Below, in pieces: positions 34,920-44,800 of a stretch of 64,000 nt of DNA (the first letter of the stretch is position 1; every line of letters begins with the position of its first letter). The notes under the pieces were generated by a model that did not search any database, had not been told where the DNA came from, and saw nothing but the letters and a program-made list of their open reading frames with translations. A program made the translations under genes and the position numbers. Source of the DNA: a virus (lineage: Duplodnaviria; Caudoviricetes); IMG/VR virus record IMGVR_UViG_3300010051_000550, positions 1 through 64,000 of that record; one strand, written 5' to 3'.

Positions 34920-34963
34920 CCCTGAATTCTCAGTAGATGAACAGCAGGACGGAGGACTAGGAC

Positions 34964-35389
34964 ATGAGCGAGCGGACGAATGTCAGCAACATCGGCGTGG
35001 GCGGGGTCTATCGCACGTACAAGATCGACGACTCGACGATCACTTACGATGCGACGAAGCCCGGCGGCTCGGAGCAGGTGGGGCTGGCGGTAACTTTATC
35101 GGCAGCGGATACGGTGGCGCTGACGGCCGACGCGGACGAGGTGATCGGGAAGCTGATCCTCGTCGAGTCGGACGACAAGTGCACGGTGATGACCGACGGC
35201 ACGATGGCGCTGCCGGGCGGAGATGGGGCGGCCTTGACGCTGGGCACGAAGATCGTGGGCGACCTGGGGGCGGGCAACGCCAAGGGGTACATCCGGTCGG
35301 CGGCTTCGGGGCAGGCGGCCGAGTTGCTGGTGGCGCGCGGGCGAATTGAGAATGCCGGCACGGCTTCGGCCGTGGTGGTGACGCTGTAG
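34964..35389 (+). CDS. Head decoration / capsid stabilising protein
   Basis: Between protease and MCP; small beta-rich, Gly/Ala-rich. Confidence 0.65.
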   Translation: MSERTNVSNIGVGGVYRTYKIDDSTITYDATKPGGSEQVGLAVTLSAADTVALTADADEVIGKLILVESDDKCTVMTDGTMALPGGDGAALTLGTKIVGDLGAGNAKGYIRSAASGQAAELLVARGRIENAGTASAVVVTL

Positions 35390-35415
35390 GGCAAGAAGGG
35401 AGGAGAGAGAAGACG

Positions 35416-36627
35416 ATGAGCACGATTGAGACGAAAGCACGCGCCGGCGATCTGCTGGGGCAGATGGGCCTGAGCATGTACCGGCGCGCCTACGATCAGG
35501 GCATGTCCCTGTCGGCGCTGCTGGAGAAGGAAGACCCGTCGGGTGATTACCGCGACGGGACCGACGCCTTCCAGCGCATTTTGATGGCGGCCGATCTTCG
35601 CACGGAGACGCTGCCGCACTACGGGGTGCAGGCGAGCACCTTCGGCGAGTTCCTGAGCGACGAGCGGACGCGGGCCTTGATTCCCGAATGGCTGCTGCGC
35701 GAGTGGCGCAGTGTGCAGACGGGGCGGCCGTTTTCGACCCGCGCCATGTACACCAGCGCCGATGCCGCCGCCGGATCGTGGGAGCGGCCGTATGCCGAGG
35801 CGAACACGCCGCGCGTGGATCAGCAGATCGCGCCGGCCATTCCGTTGAGCCAGCTGGTCGCCATTACGACCCCGATCAACTCGGCCGAGTATCGCTCCTA
35901 CTATCTGGAGAACGACGAGAGCCAGACCAGCATGGTGCGCGTGGCTGAGGGTGCCGAGGTTCCGCGCGTGAAGCTGACCGGCAGCCAGCACGTGATCAAC
36001 CTGCTGAAGTACGGCCGCGCGCTCGAGGCCTCCTACGAGGTGTTGAAGCGCCAGCGTGTGGATCGCCTGGCGCTGACGGTGCGCATGATGGCGGCTCAGG
36101 CTGAGGCGGACAAGGTTGGGGCGATCATCGACGTGATGGTCAACGGCGACGGCAACAACAACGCGCCGACGACTCACGCGCTGACCACTCTGGACTCGAC
36201 CGCGACGCCCGGCACGCTGTCCCTGAAGGCCTGGCTGGCTTTCAAGATTAAGTTCGGCAATCCGTATGCCATCACCGGCGCGCTGGCGCAGGAGGCTGTG
36301 GCGCTGCAGATGCTTCTGTTGAACACCGGCTCGGCCAACACGCCGCTGGTGGCTGTGCAGCAGCCGAGCGGCTTCGGCGCGTTCACGCAGATCAATCCGG
36401 GCTTGCGCGACAGCGTGGCGCTGGGCTGGACGGCCGATGCGCCGTCGCTGAAGATCGTCGGTTTCGACCGCCGCTTCGCCATCGAGCGCGTGGTGGACGT
36501 GGGCATGACCATCACCGAGATCGAGCGGTTCATCACTCGTCAGGTGGAAGTGCTGGTTGTGACCGAAGCCGAAGGGTACGCCATCATCGACAAGAACGCG
36601 ATCAACGTTCTGAATGTGAACGCCTAG
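35416..36627 (+). CDS. Major capsid protein
   Basis: 403 aa; VAEGAEVP..KL, KYGRALEASYE HK97-fold patterns; high-expression codon bias. Confidence 0.85.
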   Translation: MSTIETKARAGDLLGQMGLSMYRRAYDQGMSLSALLEKEDPSGDYRDGTDAFQRILMAADLRTETLPHYGVQASTFGEFLSDERTRALIPEWLLREWRSVQTGRPFSTRAMYTSADAAAGSWERPYAEANTPRVDQQIAPAIPLSQLVAITTPINSAEYRSYYLENDESQTSMVRVAEGAEVPRVKLTGSQHVINLLKYGRALEASYEVLKRQRVDRLALTVRMMAAQAEADKVGAIIDVMVNGDGNNNAPTTHALTTLDSTATPGTLSLKAWLAFKIKFGNPYAITGALAQEAVALQMLLLNTGSANTPLVAVQQPSGFGAFTQINPGLRDSVALGWTADAPSLKIVGFDRRFAIERVVDVGMTITEIERFITRQVEVLVVTEAEGYAIIDKNAINVLNVNA

Positions 36628-36643
36628 CGTTGAGGAGGCGGAT

Positions 36644-37051
36644 GTGGGCACGACTAATTTCGATGCGGTAGTGGCGGCGAGTGTGGCGGCGGCTATCGGC
36701 TTTCCGACGGCGGCGCGGACGGCGACGGCCGCGCCCGGCGGGACGACCGGTGTGATCGCCGACGCCGGCATGCTGCAGTTTGTGACGGTGGCCAGCGACA
36801 ACGCGGCCAAGGTTATCACGCTACCGACGCCGACGCCGGGCACAATCGTCATCTTGCGCAATGGCGCTACAGGTTACGAATTGCGCTCCAGCGACCCGGC
36901 GACAGTGGCCATCAATGGCGGAGCCGGCGCGGACGCGGAGTCGGCTATCGCCGCCAATGCGATGGTGATCGCCGTCTGTACGTCGGCCACGACCTGGCAG
37001 GCTATCAGTCTGGCCGGGACGACGCTGGCGGCGGTGGAGGCTGCGGCGTAA
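36644..37051 (+). CDS. Virion structural protein (head fibre/decoration-like)
   Basis: Ala/Thr-rich beta protein after MCP. Confidence 0.55.
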   Translation: MGTTNFDAVVAASVAAAIGFPTAARTATAAPGGTTGVIADAGMLQFVTVASDNAAKVITLPTPTPGTIVILRNGATGYELRSSDPATVAINGGAGADAESAIAANAMVIAVCTSATTWQAISLAGTTLAAVEAAA

Positions 37052-37452
37052 TGGATATCATCCGCGTGCGGGTGGCCGAGCCGGAGAGCAATCGGGTGGC
37101 GTTGTGGGAGCGCCACCCGGCCCATCCACACGGCGAGGTGTGGCTGGCCGGCGCTGGGGAGTACGACGTTGCGGCTACTCCGGCGGTGATGTCGCGGCTA
37201 CGGAACGGCACCCTTGTAAAGGTGGACACCGTAGCCGCGCCCGCGCCGGAGCCGGTGTCGACCGGCGAGCGGCCGAATCCGGAGGATGACCCGCAGGTCG
37301 AGAGGAGCGTGCCGGGCAAACAAAAGGCGCGCGGCCGGAAGAGCGGCGTGCATCCCGACGAGGAGCCGAGCGAGGAGGCGTCAGTCATCACTACTGTTGC
37401 AGGTGACGGCGCGCCGTCGAGCCGGCCGCAGCGCAAGGCGCGAGGGAGTTAG
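37051..37452 (+). CDS. Hypothetical protein
   Basis: TAATG coupling; disordered C-terminus. Confidence 0.6.
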   Translation: MDIIRVRVAEPESNRVALWERHPAHPHGEVWLAGAGEYDVAATPAVMSRLRNGTLVKVDTVAAPAPEPVSTGERPNPEDDPQVERSVPGKQKARGRKSGVHPDEEPSEEASVITTVAGDGAPSSRPQRKARGS

Positions 37453-37878
37453 ATGGCGATCCTGACCTCGGCGGATTACCCGGCGATTCGGGCGGCTTTG
37501 GACGTTGGTCTCTCGGATGGGCAGCTGTCGGACGCGACGATTGGGCAGGACATCTTCGTCGGCGCGGCCGAGGCGGAACTGCTGCGGCGGGTCCCGGACG
37601 CGGCCAGTATGGTCGGCGAGGACCTGAAGCGGGTGAAGCGGGCGCTGGTGTGGTTGACGGCAGCCCTGCTGGCGCACTCGGTGGTGCGGATTACCAGTTT
37701 GAGCGTTCAGACGCGGGATCTGTCGTACAGCCGGCAGACGTTCGACCCGGACGAGAAGGCGGCCGAGTTGCGCGCGCGGGCGGAGACGGAGATCGCGGCG
37801 TTGGTCGCGTCGGAAACGACGGAGGCGACGATGCCGACGATGTTCACGCTGGCGGGCAGCGGCTGGAGCCGGAGGTGA
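37453..37878 (+). CDS. Head-tail connector/adaptor-like protein
   Basis: Position, size and helical pattern. Confidence 0.6.
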   Translation: MAILTSADYPAIRAALDVGLSDGQLSDATIGQDIFVGAAEAELLRRVPDAASMVGEDLKRVKRALVWLTAALLAHSVVRITSLSVQTRDLSYSRQTFDPDEKAAELRARAETEIAALVASETTEATMPTMFTLAGSGWSRR

Positions 37879-37885
37879 GTGGGGC

Positions 37886-38275
37886 GTGATCAGCATCGAG
37901 ATTTCATCTCTGGATGATGTGGCCGCCGCGCTGGCGCAGCTCGAGGATTTGCCGGCGTATCTGAACACGCCGTTCGTGGAGTGGGGCGAGGCCACGCTAA
38001 TGAACAATCTGTGGGGCATGAAGAACTATGCCCCACCCCCGCCGAACTCGACGTATCAGCGCACGGGCCAGCTGGGTACGGACTGGGATGTTCACGGGAT
38101 CGCCGATAGCCAGGTTTTGTTTGTGAACTGGCACGAGGCGGCCGAGTTGGTGGTGGGCGAGAATCAGGCCTGGATGCATGAGGGGCGTTGGTGGAAGGCC
38201 ATCGACCGGATTGAGGAGCAGGCTGAGAAGGCGATTTCGATGCTGATTGAGCGCCTTAACAAGTGGCCGAACTAG
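37886..38275 (+). CDS. Neck/tail completion protein (HK97 gp10-like)
   Basis: YQRTGQL motif and position. Confidence 0.6.
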   Translation: MISIEISSLDDVAAALAQLEDLPAYLNTPFVEWGEATLMNNLWGMKNYAPPPPNSTYQRTGQLGTDWDVHGIADSQVLFVNWHEAAELVVGENQAWMHEGRWWKAIDRIEEQAEKAISMLIERLNKWPN

Positions 38276-38278
38276 GCT

Positions 38279-38797
38279 ATGGCAGACTACACCGTTTCGG
38301 ACGCGCTGGTGGCGTTGAAAGAGATTCTGATGACGGCTTCGGCCGTTGGGCAGTCGCCTCTGGCCGGGGGGTATGTGCTGCCGGATGACGCGGCGACCGG
38401 CGTTTTGCCGCAAGTGCTGCCGCTGCCGTGCATCACGGTCAGCGAGGTTTACAACACGCCCAATGACTGGACTCGGAAGGCCGAGGGCACCGGACTGAAT
38501 ACGTGGAAGGCGGAGGTGCTGCTGTTCGTCGCTCCGGGGCCGCTGACGGTGTTGAACGCGGCGACGGCGGCGGCGATGCTGAAGACGCGGAACTGGGCCA
38601 AGGCGTTCGCGGATCGGCTGAATGCGAACCAGTCGCTGAATGGGAAGGCGCTGGTCATTGGCGAGCACACGGGCGGCAACCGGAGGCTCTTTCGCTACGG
38701 GATCGGCCACGTCTTTCTGGATGCGACGAAGGAGTATTGGGGGATGCGGCTGGAGTTGGCGATTCAGCAGCGGCATACGCAGCAGATGAGCGCATAG
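38279..38797 (+). CDS. Tail terminator-like protein
   Basis: LPLPCITV motif; position upstream of the tail tube gene. Confidence 0.6.
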   Translation: MADYTVSDALVALKEILMTASAVGQSPLAGGYVLPDDAATGVLPQVLPLPCITVSEVYNTPNDWTRKAEGTGLNTWKAEVLLFVAPGPLTVLNAATAAAMLKTRNWAKAFADRLNANQSLNGKALVIGEHTGGNRRLFRYGIGHVFLDATKEYWGMRLELAIQQRHTQQMSA

Positions 38798-38808
38798 GAG
38801 AGAAGGAA

Positions 38809-39066
38809 ATGGAAGGGAAGGATTTGTGGATTTACATCGGCAAGGGGGCCTTCATTGACGGCATTCCGGCCCGGAATCTCACTCAGCATGATTGGGACAG
38901 GCTGAACGAGGATGAGCGGTCGGCCGTGGAGAACCAGGGGTTGTATCGACGGGCGGCGCGGCCGAAGGTCGAGGAAGTGAAGCAGCCGGAGAAGCAGCCG
39001 GAGAAAGAGGCGGGTAAGAACGCGGCCGCAGAGCGTGCCGTCGAGGTCAAGGGGAAAAAGGAGTAG
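38809..39066 (+). CDS. Small hypothetical protein
   Basis: AAGGA RBS; YIGKGAFIDGIPARNLT. Confidence 0.6.
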   Translation: MEGKDLWIYIGKGAFIDGIPARNLTQHDWDRLNEDERSAVENQGLYRRAARPKVEEVKQPEKQPEKEAGKNAAAERAVEVKGKKE

Positions 39067-39072
39067 TGAGAG

Positions 39073-40290
39073 ATGGCCGAGATTCCATTTGAGGCATTGT
39101 TATTGGGACTGGAGAGCACGTCGGGAACCGGAGTCGCGCCGACGCATTATGCCAGTATGGTCGGCTCGTTGAAGCCGGTGAAGGAGCGGTACCGGCCGGA
39201 CGAGGCCAGGGGCACGCTGGTTGAGGCGTATCGCTCGAAGGTAGCTCGTGAGTGGAGCGAGTGGTCGGGCGAGGGGCCGCTGGATGTGTACCTGCTGCCG
39301 GTTCTGCTGAATATGTGCGTGACCGGCAACATGACGAGCCAGCCGACGACGCCCGGCGGCGCGACGAACGCGCGGCTGTGGACGTTCAAGCCGACGATCA
39401 ACGCCAATGACCTGAAGACGGCGACGATCTTCTGGGGCGACCGGAACGTGCAGATGTTCCGTGGCCGCTTCGGAACGCTGGACGAGCTGACGATTACGGC
39501 CGATGCCTCGGGCACGGATGGCTCGAAGATGTCGGCCAGCGGCCGGACGCAGATTCAGGATTACGAAGAGTACGACGTCTCAGCGATCTCGAAGGACAAC
39601 CCGGCCGAGGTGACCATCGGCACGCACTCGCTTCTGGCGGGCGATAAGGTGCGAATCGTCGGCGGTGAGATGGTGGAGCTGCACGATCTGGTGTTCACTG
39701 TGGCGAACCCGACGGGCACGACCGTTGAACTGGCGGGGATCGATTCGACCGGATATACGACCTACGTGGGGGGCGGCACGCTGGAGAAGGTGGCGCCGGC
39801 GTTCCCGTCCATCCTGACCGCGCCGCTGATCTCGGGGCCGGGGATGCAGATGTGGCTGGATACGTCCTCGGCGATTGGGTCGACGGAGATTTCGGGCCGG
39901 CTGATTTCGGCCGAGCACGTGATTCCGGTCAACTACGGGTACAAGCACCTCGCCGTCGGCCCGGCCGGCGCGAAGACGTACTCGCGGGTCGGCCGCAACA
40001 AGCGCTCGATCACGACTCGCGTGACGCTGGAACTGTTCGACATGGATCAGTATAAGTTGTTCCAGAACGAGACAAACACCAAGCTGCGAATCCGGCACAA
40101 CGGAGACTTGATCGAGGCCGGCTTCTACCACTACGTGGAAGTGGACACCTACGGGCCGTTGAACTTCACGGATTGGGGCGAGTTGGAAGGGACGAACCGG
40201 ACGCTGACGCTGGAAATACAGAGCCAATATGACGCGACGCTGGGGGCGGACTTCAGCGTGAAGGTGCAGAACGACCGGGCGACGCTTTAG
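39073..40290 (+). CDS. Major tail (tube) protein with an inserted E1-FCCH-like beta domain
   Basis: GLESTSGT start; insert AISKDNPAEVT..HSL..GDKVRI.G.M.EL...FTV...T..TVEL.GIDSTGY. Confidence 0.8.
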   Translation: MAEIPFEALLLGLESTSGTGVAPTHYASMVGSLKPVKERYRPDEARGTLVEAYRSKVAREWSEWSGEGPLDVYLLPVLLNMCVTGNMTSQPTTPGGATNARLWTFKPTINANDLKTATIFWGDRNVQMFRGRFGTLDELTITADASGTDGSKMSASGRTQIQDYEEYDVSAISKDNPAEVTIGTHSLLAGDKVRIVGGEMVELHDLVFTVANPTGTTVELAGIDSTGYTTYVGGGTLEKVAPAFPSILTAPLISGPGMQMWLDTSSAIGSTEISGRLISAEHVIPVNYGYKHLAVGPAGAKTYSRVGRNKRSITTRVTLELFDMDQYKLFQNETNTKLRIRHNGDLIEAGFYHYVEVDTYGPLNFTDWGELEGTNRTLTLEIQSQYDATLGADFSVKVQNDRATL

Positions 40291-40314
40291 TACGATTGCA
40301 ATACATTCCGTGAG

Positions 40315-40355
40315 GGAAGAGTATGGAAAGGCCTCGAATTCGAGGCCTTTTTGTT
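40315..40355. terminator. Terminator hairpin, left copy of an imperfect direct repeat
   Basis: GGAAGAGTATGGAAAGGCCTCGAATTCGAGGCCTTTTTGTT. Confidence 0.75.
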
Positions 40356-40426
40356 GAGATTGTACGATGATCAGAATGTCGATGAGCATCATTGATTAAG
40401 TTCTGGATGGACTATATCAATTATAA

Positions 40427-40855
40427 TTGACAGATCGAGTTCAAATGATCTATTATCCGGTTCCCTCAATCGAAATGAGCGCCCGGCAACATCGAGGGCG
40501 GGTGTCGAAAGTGCTAACTGGGCAAACAACCAATATGAGCGAAGAAAACAATGCCATCGAATTTAATATAGTCTGGGAATCGGATAGACACCTCCAGACG
40601 ATCTATGCCAATCACTTCTATATCACTCACGCTGGAGACGAGTTCTATTTGATGTTTGGCGAGCTACCGTCTCCAAATATTGCGAATATGGCCCCGGACA
40701 AAATAAGAGACTATCTTGGCGACAGTCTTGAGATCAGGCCCTTGGTACGGCTGGCTATCGCGCCTCAAACGATGCTCAGGATAGCCGAGGCCATACAAAC
40801 GAATGTGTCCAATTACATCGGGAAAAATATCGGTGGTAAGGACGATGAAGAATGA
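40427..40855 (+). CDS. DUF3467-like protein
   Basis: IYANHFYITHAGDEFYLMFG...PLVRLAIAPQT; likely start 40445 or 40535 because TATAAT lies at 40422-40427; low GC. Confidence 0.75.
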   Translation: MTDRVQMIYYPVPSIEMSARQHRGRVSKVLTGQTTNMSEENNAIEFNIVWESDRHLQTIYANHFYITHAGDEFYLMFGELPSPNIANMAPDKIRDYLGDSLEIRPLVRLAIAPQTMLRIAEAIQTNVSNYIGKNIGGKDDEE

Positions 40856-41301
40856 GCACCCTAACTCTAAGAGTTGATCCATTTTCCGGAACCGGCCTAA
40901 ATAGAGGACATCAGAAGATCGGCGATCTGCCAGCAATCTATCGCCGCAAGACAAATACAACGGCCCGCCCTAAGGTTACTCTGAGCGATGAGTCCAACTC
41001 GTCAACCGATACCGATTCAGGGGTCACATATCTTGTAGGACAAGGCGGGATCGACGGTGAATGGAAGCTCTTACAACCTCTCTCCATCGTCATAGAAATT
41101 GACGAGGACGGCGATTACATTGTGTCCGACAAAGTGTTCTCTAGATACGGTGTAGGTGCAACTGTGCTGGAGGCATTTAAGGACTTCATATCCGATCTAA
41201 CCACGTACTACACGATTGTTGCTGAGTCCGCGGCGCACAATCCGGCCGCGGCAGCGTTGTTAGAGGAGATTCAACAGTACCTTCAACGAGCAGATGGCTA
41301 A
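40852..41301 (+). CDS. HicB-like antitoxin with N-terminal extension
   Basis: IVIEIDEDGDYIV....YGVGATVLEAFKDF partial RNaseH fold pattern; ATGA coupling. Confidence 0.65.
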   Translation: MSTLTLRVDPFSGTGLNRGHQKIGDLPAIYRRKTNTTARPKVTLSDESNSSTDTDSGVTYLVGQGGIDGEWKLLQPLSIVIEIDEDGDYIVSDKVFSRYGVGATVLEAFKDFISDLTTYYTIVAESAAHNPAAAALLEEIQQYLQRADG

Positions 41302-41312
41302 ATACGTCTCAA

Positions 41313-41609
41313 ATGTTTACATCGAAACAGATTTTACGCACTTTGCGCACCAAGTTTAAATTTACCGACGTTAAAGGAAAGTATGCAGATATATACGTTA
41401 CGCTTGAACTCCCTGGAGTTCGGCCAGTTGTAACAAAGGTTTCACATCCTAAGTCCCAAAGAAAAACTGTCGGGAAACCCCTTGAGAACCTGATGGCAAA
41501 GCAGTTGCGCGTTGAGACACAGTACTTCCGTAACATGATCGGATGCACGCGCAGTCAGGAAGAGTATTATGAGCGACTCAGGTCAGAGCAGTTCCCGCCT
41601 GTCGAGTAG
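41313..41609 (+). CDS. HicA-like toxin (putative mRNA interferase)
   Basis: Small and basic; KQILRTL..KF.F..,TKVSH (His), KPLENLMAKQL. Confidence 0.6.
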   Translation: MFTSKQILRTLRTKFKFTDVKGKYADIYVTLELPGVRPVVTKVSHPKSQRKTVGKPLENLMAKQLRVETQYFRNMIGCTRSQEEYYERLRSEQFPPVE

Positions 41610-41621
41610 GTTCCCTGCGAA

Positions 41622-41665
41622 GGAAGAGTATGGAAAAGCCCCTCGAAATCGAGGGGCTTCTTGTT
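41622..41665. terminator. Terminator hairpin, right copy of the imperfect direct repeat
   Basis: GGAAGAGTATGGAAAAGCCCCTCGAAATCGAGGGGCTTCTTGTT. Confidence 0.75.
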
Positions 41666-41803
41666 TATTGGGGGCTAACCCACACCCCTCACGCCCGTGA
41701 GAGCAACCCATCGGCCGCAGGTTTCCGGTTCATCTGACGGTGTCTACCGTACCTGGGCGTTTAACGACTCGATCTATGTAGTATCGCTTTGACGAGTTAT
41801 TAA

Positions 41804-44800
41804 TCATGTTTTTGATAATCTCTGAAGTACGCGTTTTATGGGCGGGTTCTTGATGTTACGAGGGATAATGGGCAAATCACCTTTTTGTAAGGCAGCAATA
41901 TCCGGATCGTTTTCTCCTATCTCCCATGCGGACCGAATAATCAACTCATGCTTTCCAATTGCATAATCCCAATCCGGATCAGGAAACTCTGTTTCCGAGA
42001 TGTATTGTGCAGGTAGGAGGACATACCTTCCCACACTTTTATAGTTCTTCAAAAAACCATCTAGATTATCGGAGTTCTGTGGCTCCATTGTATGAACCCG
42101 ACTAACCAGATGTAATTGGTTGCCCTTTGATGGCCTAATAGCATTAAGGTTAGTAGAAATCATCATTCTGTAATTAGCTTTTTTTCTTCTGTTAATCCCC
42201 CTAATAATCGAGATTCGCAACTGATCCTCTTCGTCAACACTGCCAAATCTGTCTATCCACTTTCTGAAAATATGTTTGGCTGGCTCTATATTCTCGAAGC
42301 CAAGGCCCAAAATCAGTACATCTTCAGGCAAAAAACCGAAACTGATTGCGGTCCATTTTGCCCTATCCCAAAGCGGAATGTTAATAAGCGAAATTATCTT
42401 GCGATCTTTGTGTTTCAAATTATCGATTGCGAATGAGGACTCAGGAATTTCGCCTTTTCCTAATTCCAGAGTCCATTCCTCTCTTTCATCTATGCCCTCT
42501 GCTTCTAAGTGATGATCCCACGGGAGACTACGTTTCATGGGATAATCGATATCGCTTTTATCATCTTTCCAATCGGAAAGGCGGAATCTAGGCGAACTTC
42601 CGATCATATTCACAACCGCAATGTCAATGTCTGTAATAAGCATTGCTCGACCAATGCTATGCTCGCTTTTGGCTAGTCGCTCCGTGAATGAATCAGTATC
42701 AACAACCACACCAATTTGAAGAGTTGTGTGAAGTAGAAAGTCCAGTAGCCATGCACTGAAGTCGCCCCTCTCATCCTGATTAGTCCGTCTTAATGTCCGG
42801 GGATGCCTAATGCTTATGGTTTGGCCAGTAGCCGTTTCATCGGTTTCAAACTTTGGCAAGCCGGCAAGGAAATCAGATGGTTCAATCGAAATATGCAATT
42901 CAGAGCGATACGGCAATATTACACTTTCAAGGCTCGTTGCTAATAATGCTTCAAGCGCCCCTAAGATCGTTTCGGCCAAATATATCGAGGTATGGTCATT
43001 GAATGCGTGAATTGACACCTCGCAACCGAGTACATTCGAGCGAAGAGTAACCTTCTTGCTCAAGAGCAAGTCAGGTTGGTACAACAAGTCGCGGCTGGCA
43101 GGTTGATTACGCCACCTTATGAATAAGTCACAAATTTCTTCAGGGCTGTCGTTCTCAGAAATGATATTCTCTGAACGCAGGTATTCCTCATATCCCAGTA
43201 CATACAACAGCGCCATCCGTGAGTAGGAAAGTTCCGCTCGCTCCAAGACTGACGGTAAGAAGTTGAGCCATTTTGAATCCCATATGCTTAGCCTCAAGAA
43301 CTGTATCGCTAAGACCTGATCCTGAATAGTCCGTTCATTTATGAACTTCTCTTGTTTCTCCTCATTTAGGAGCAAGGATTTTGCCAACAATGAAGCTACT
43401 TCTATCCATTCAAGAACGTGAGGGATGCGACCCAGTTGTAACTCCAACCAAATTATCCTTTGGGTGAGGGCAAGTGTCTGCGGCAAGAGTTTTCCATATT
43501 TATGGTATGCTGACCAAGAAGAGTTGATAGCAATAAGGAGATTTGAACGTGCTGCCCATAATAATCCAACTCTTTCATACGCAGCTCCACAGGCAGCAAC
43601 TGACATAATCCACTCCTCCATATGCTCCTCCACGGCCAATTCCTGTTGGGACTTTCCGAGGAGCCTGATAGCATCGTAATTCTTACCTGCTAGCAATTTT
43701 TGATACCCACGTGTAAGATGCAATTCTCCGGCTACGCTATCACCTGTTCTACGCTTAATGAATTCCTCGACCTCTTCCATCAATTCATCGTACTTAGCGT
43801 GAGACGCCAGAATCATTCCTAGCTCTTGAATGATATGAATTGTCGAGATAACAGGGTACTCGGCCAGCCCTTGGCTCTTCTTTAAAATACTTCCAAGCTG
43901 AGTGAGGATACCATTCACTCCTCGTCCCTTTGCCAACGCCTCGGCTAGTTCCATGAGTAATTTGATTGTGCGTGCATGATGTGCATTATTCGGACGTTGG
44001 GAGCTCATTGCCAGGCGGTTGAGTTCGGCTTTAGCTGTCCTAGTACGTTTCGATAATTTTCTCCTGCTTGTACCGGGCCGGCCCCGCTGGACTTCAACAT
44101 GAAGAAGTTGCCATAGATTGATCATCAGTTCGATATCAGTTGTCTGATTACTGCCTACTGCCAACTCCTCGACTCGTTCATACAAATTGTCAAACAACTC
44201 AATATCGCCGTACCACCAATATGCTGTCCAAGCTCTATTGTAAGCAATACGTAACATCTGCTGCCGATGTCCAACTTTCATGGCAACATGCTCAGCACGT
44301 TCGAACCTAGCTTCGATCTCCATCCGAGAAAGTTCAAGCCCACGCGCAAGCAGTGCCACTTGCAAGCAGTCTTCCGCGAGTTGATACCTAACCCCCTTGT
44401 ATCTCTCAGGGTCATTGATGCGCTCCTCGAGTTCCTTCATTTCTGCTTGACGTTTTGTGTCCTGTGATCCCAACTCCCTCTTCGATAATTCACCGAAGCC
44501 TTCTATATGGAGCGATTCAATTGCAAGTCGTAACCGCTCGTGCTCGAAGACGCACTTTACGATCCAATTTCGATCAAGTACCCGAACATCTATGCTGAAC
44601 TCTCGGGACAAGGCATCTTCAACTTCAGCTCGGGTGCTGTCCTTTACAAATTGATTTGTTATGAAATAAACAAGCTTGTAGCTTCGATTAGTCTTGGCGA
44701 TTTTCTCGACGTCAGACCGAACCTTTGATCGCCAGTCTTTCTTGGCGCTGAAGGCAAATGCCCACCGTTCTTGACTAGCTTCCCTACCAACCCCCTCATA

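Noticed and set aside
35044-36861. 605-aa minus ORF and similar antisense ORFs over TMP (51587-52834, 53546-54913) and sulfatase (3646-4731)
   Set aside because: Antisense shadows of strongly supported genes
41688-41762. c-di-GMP or purine riboswitch, 6S RNA or tRNA
   Set aside because: Only superficial similarity; diagnostic conserved nucleotides absent; not upstream of a gene
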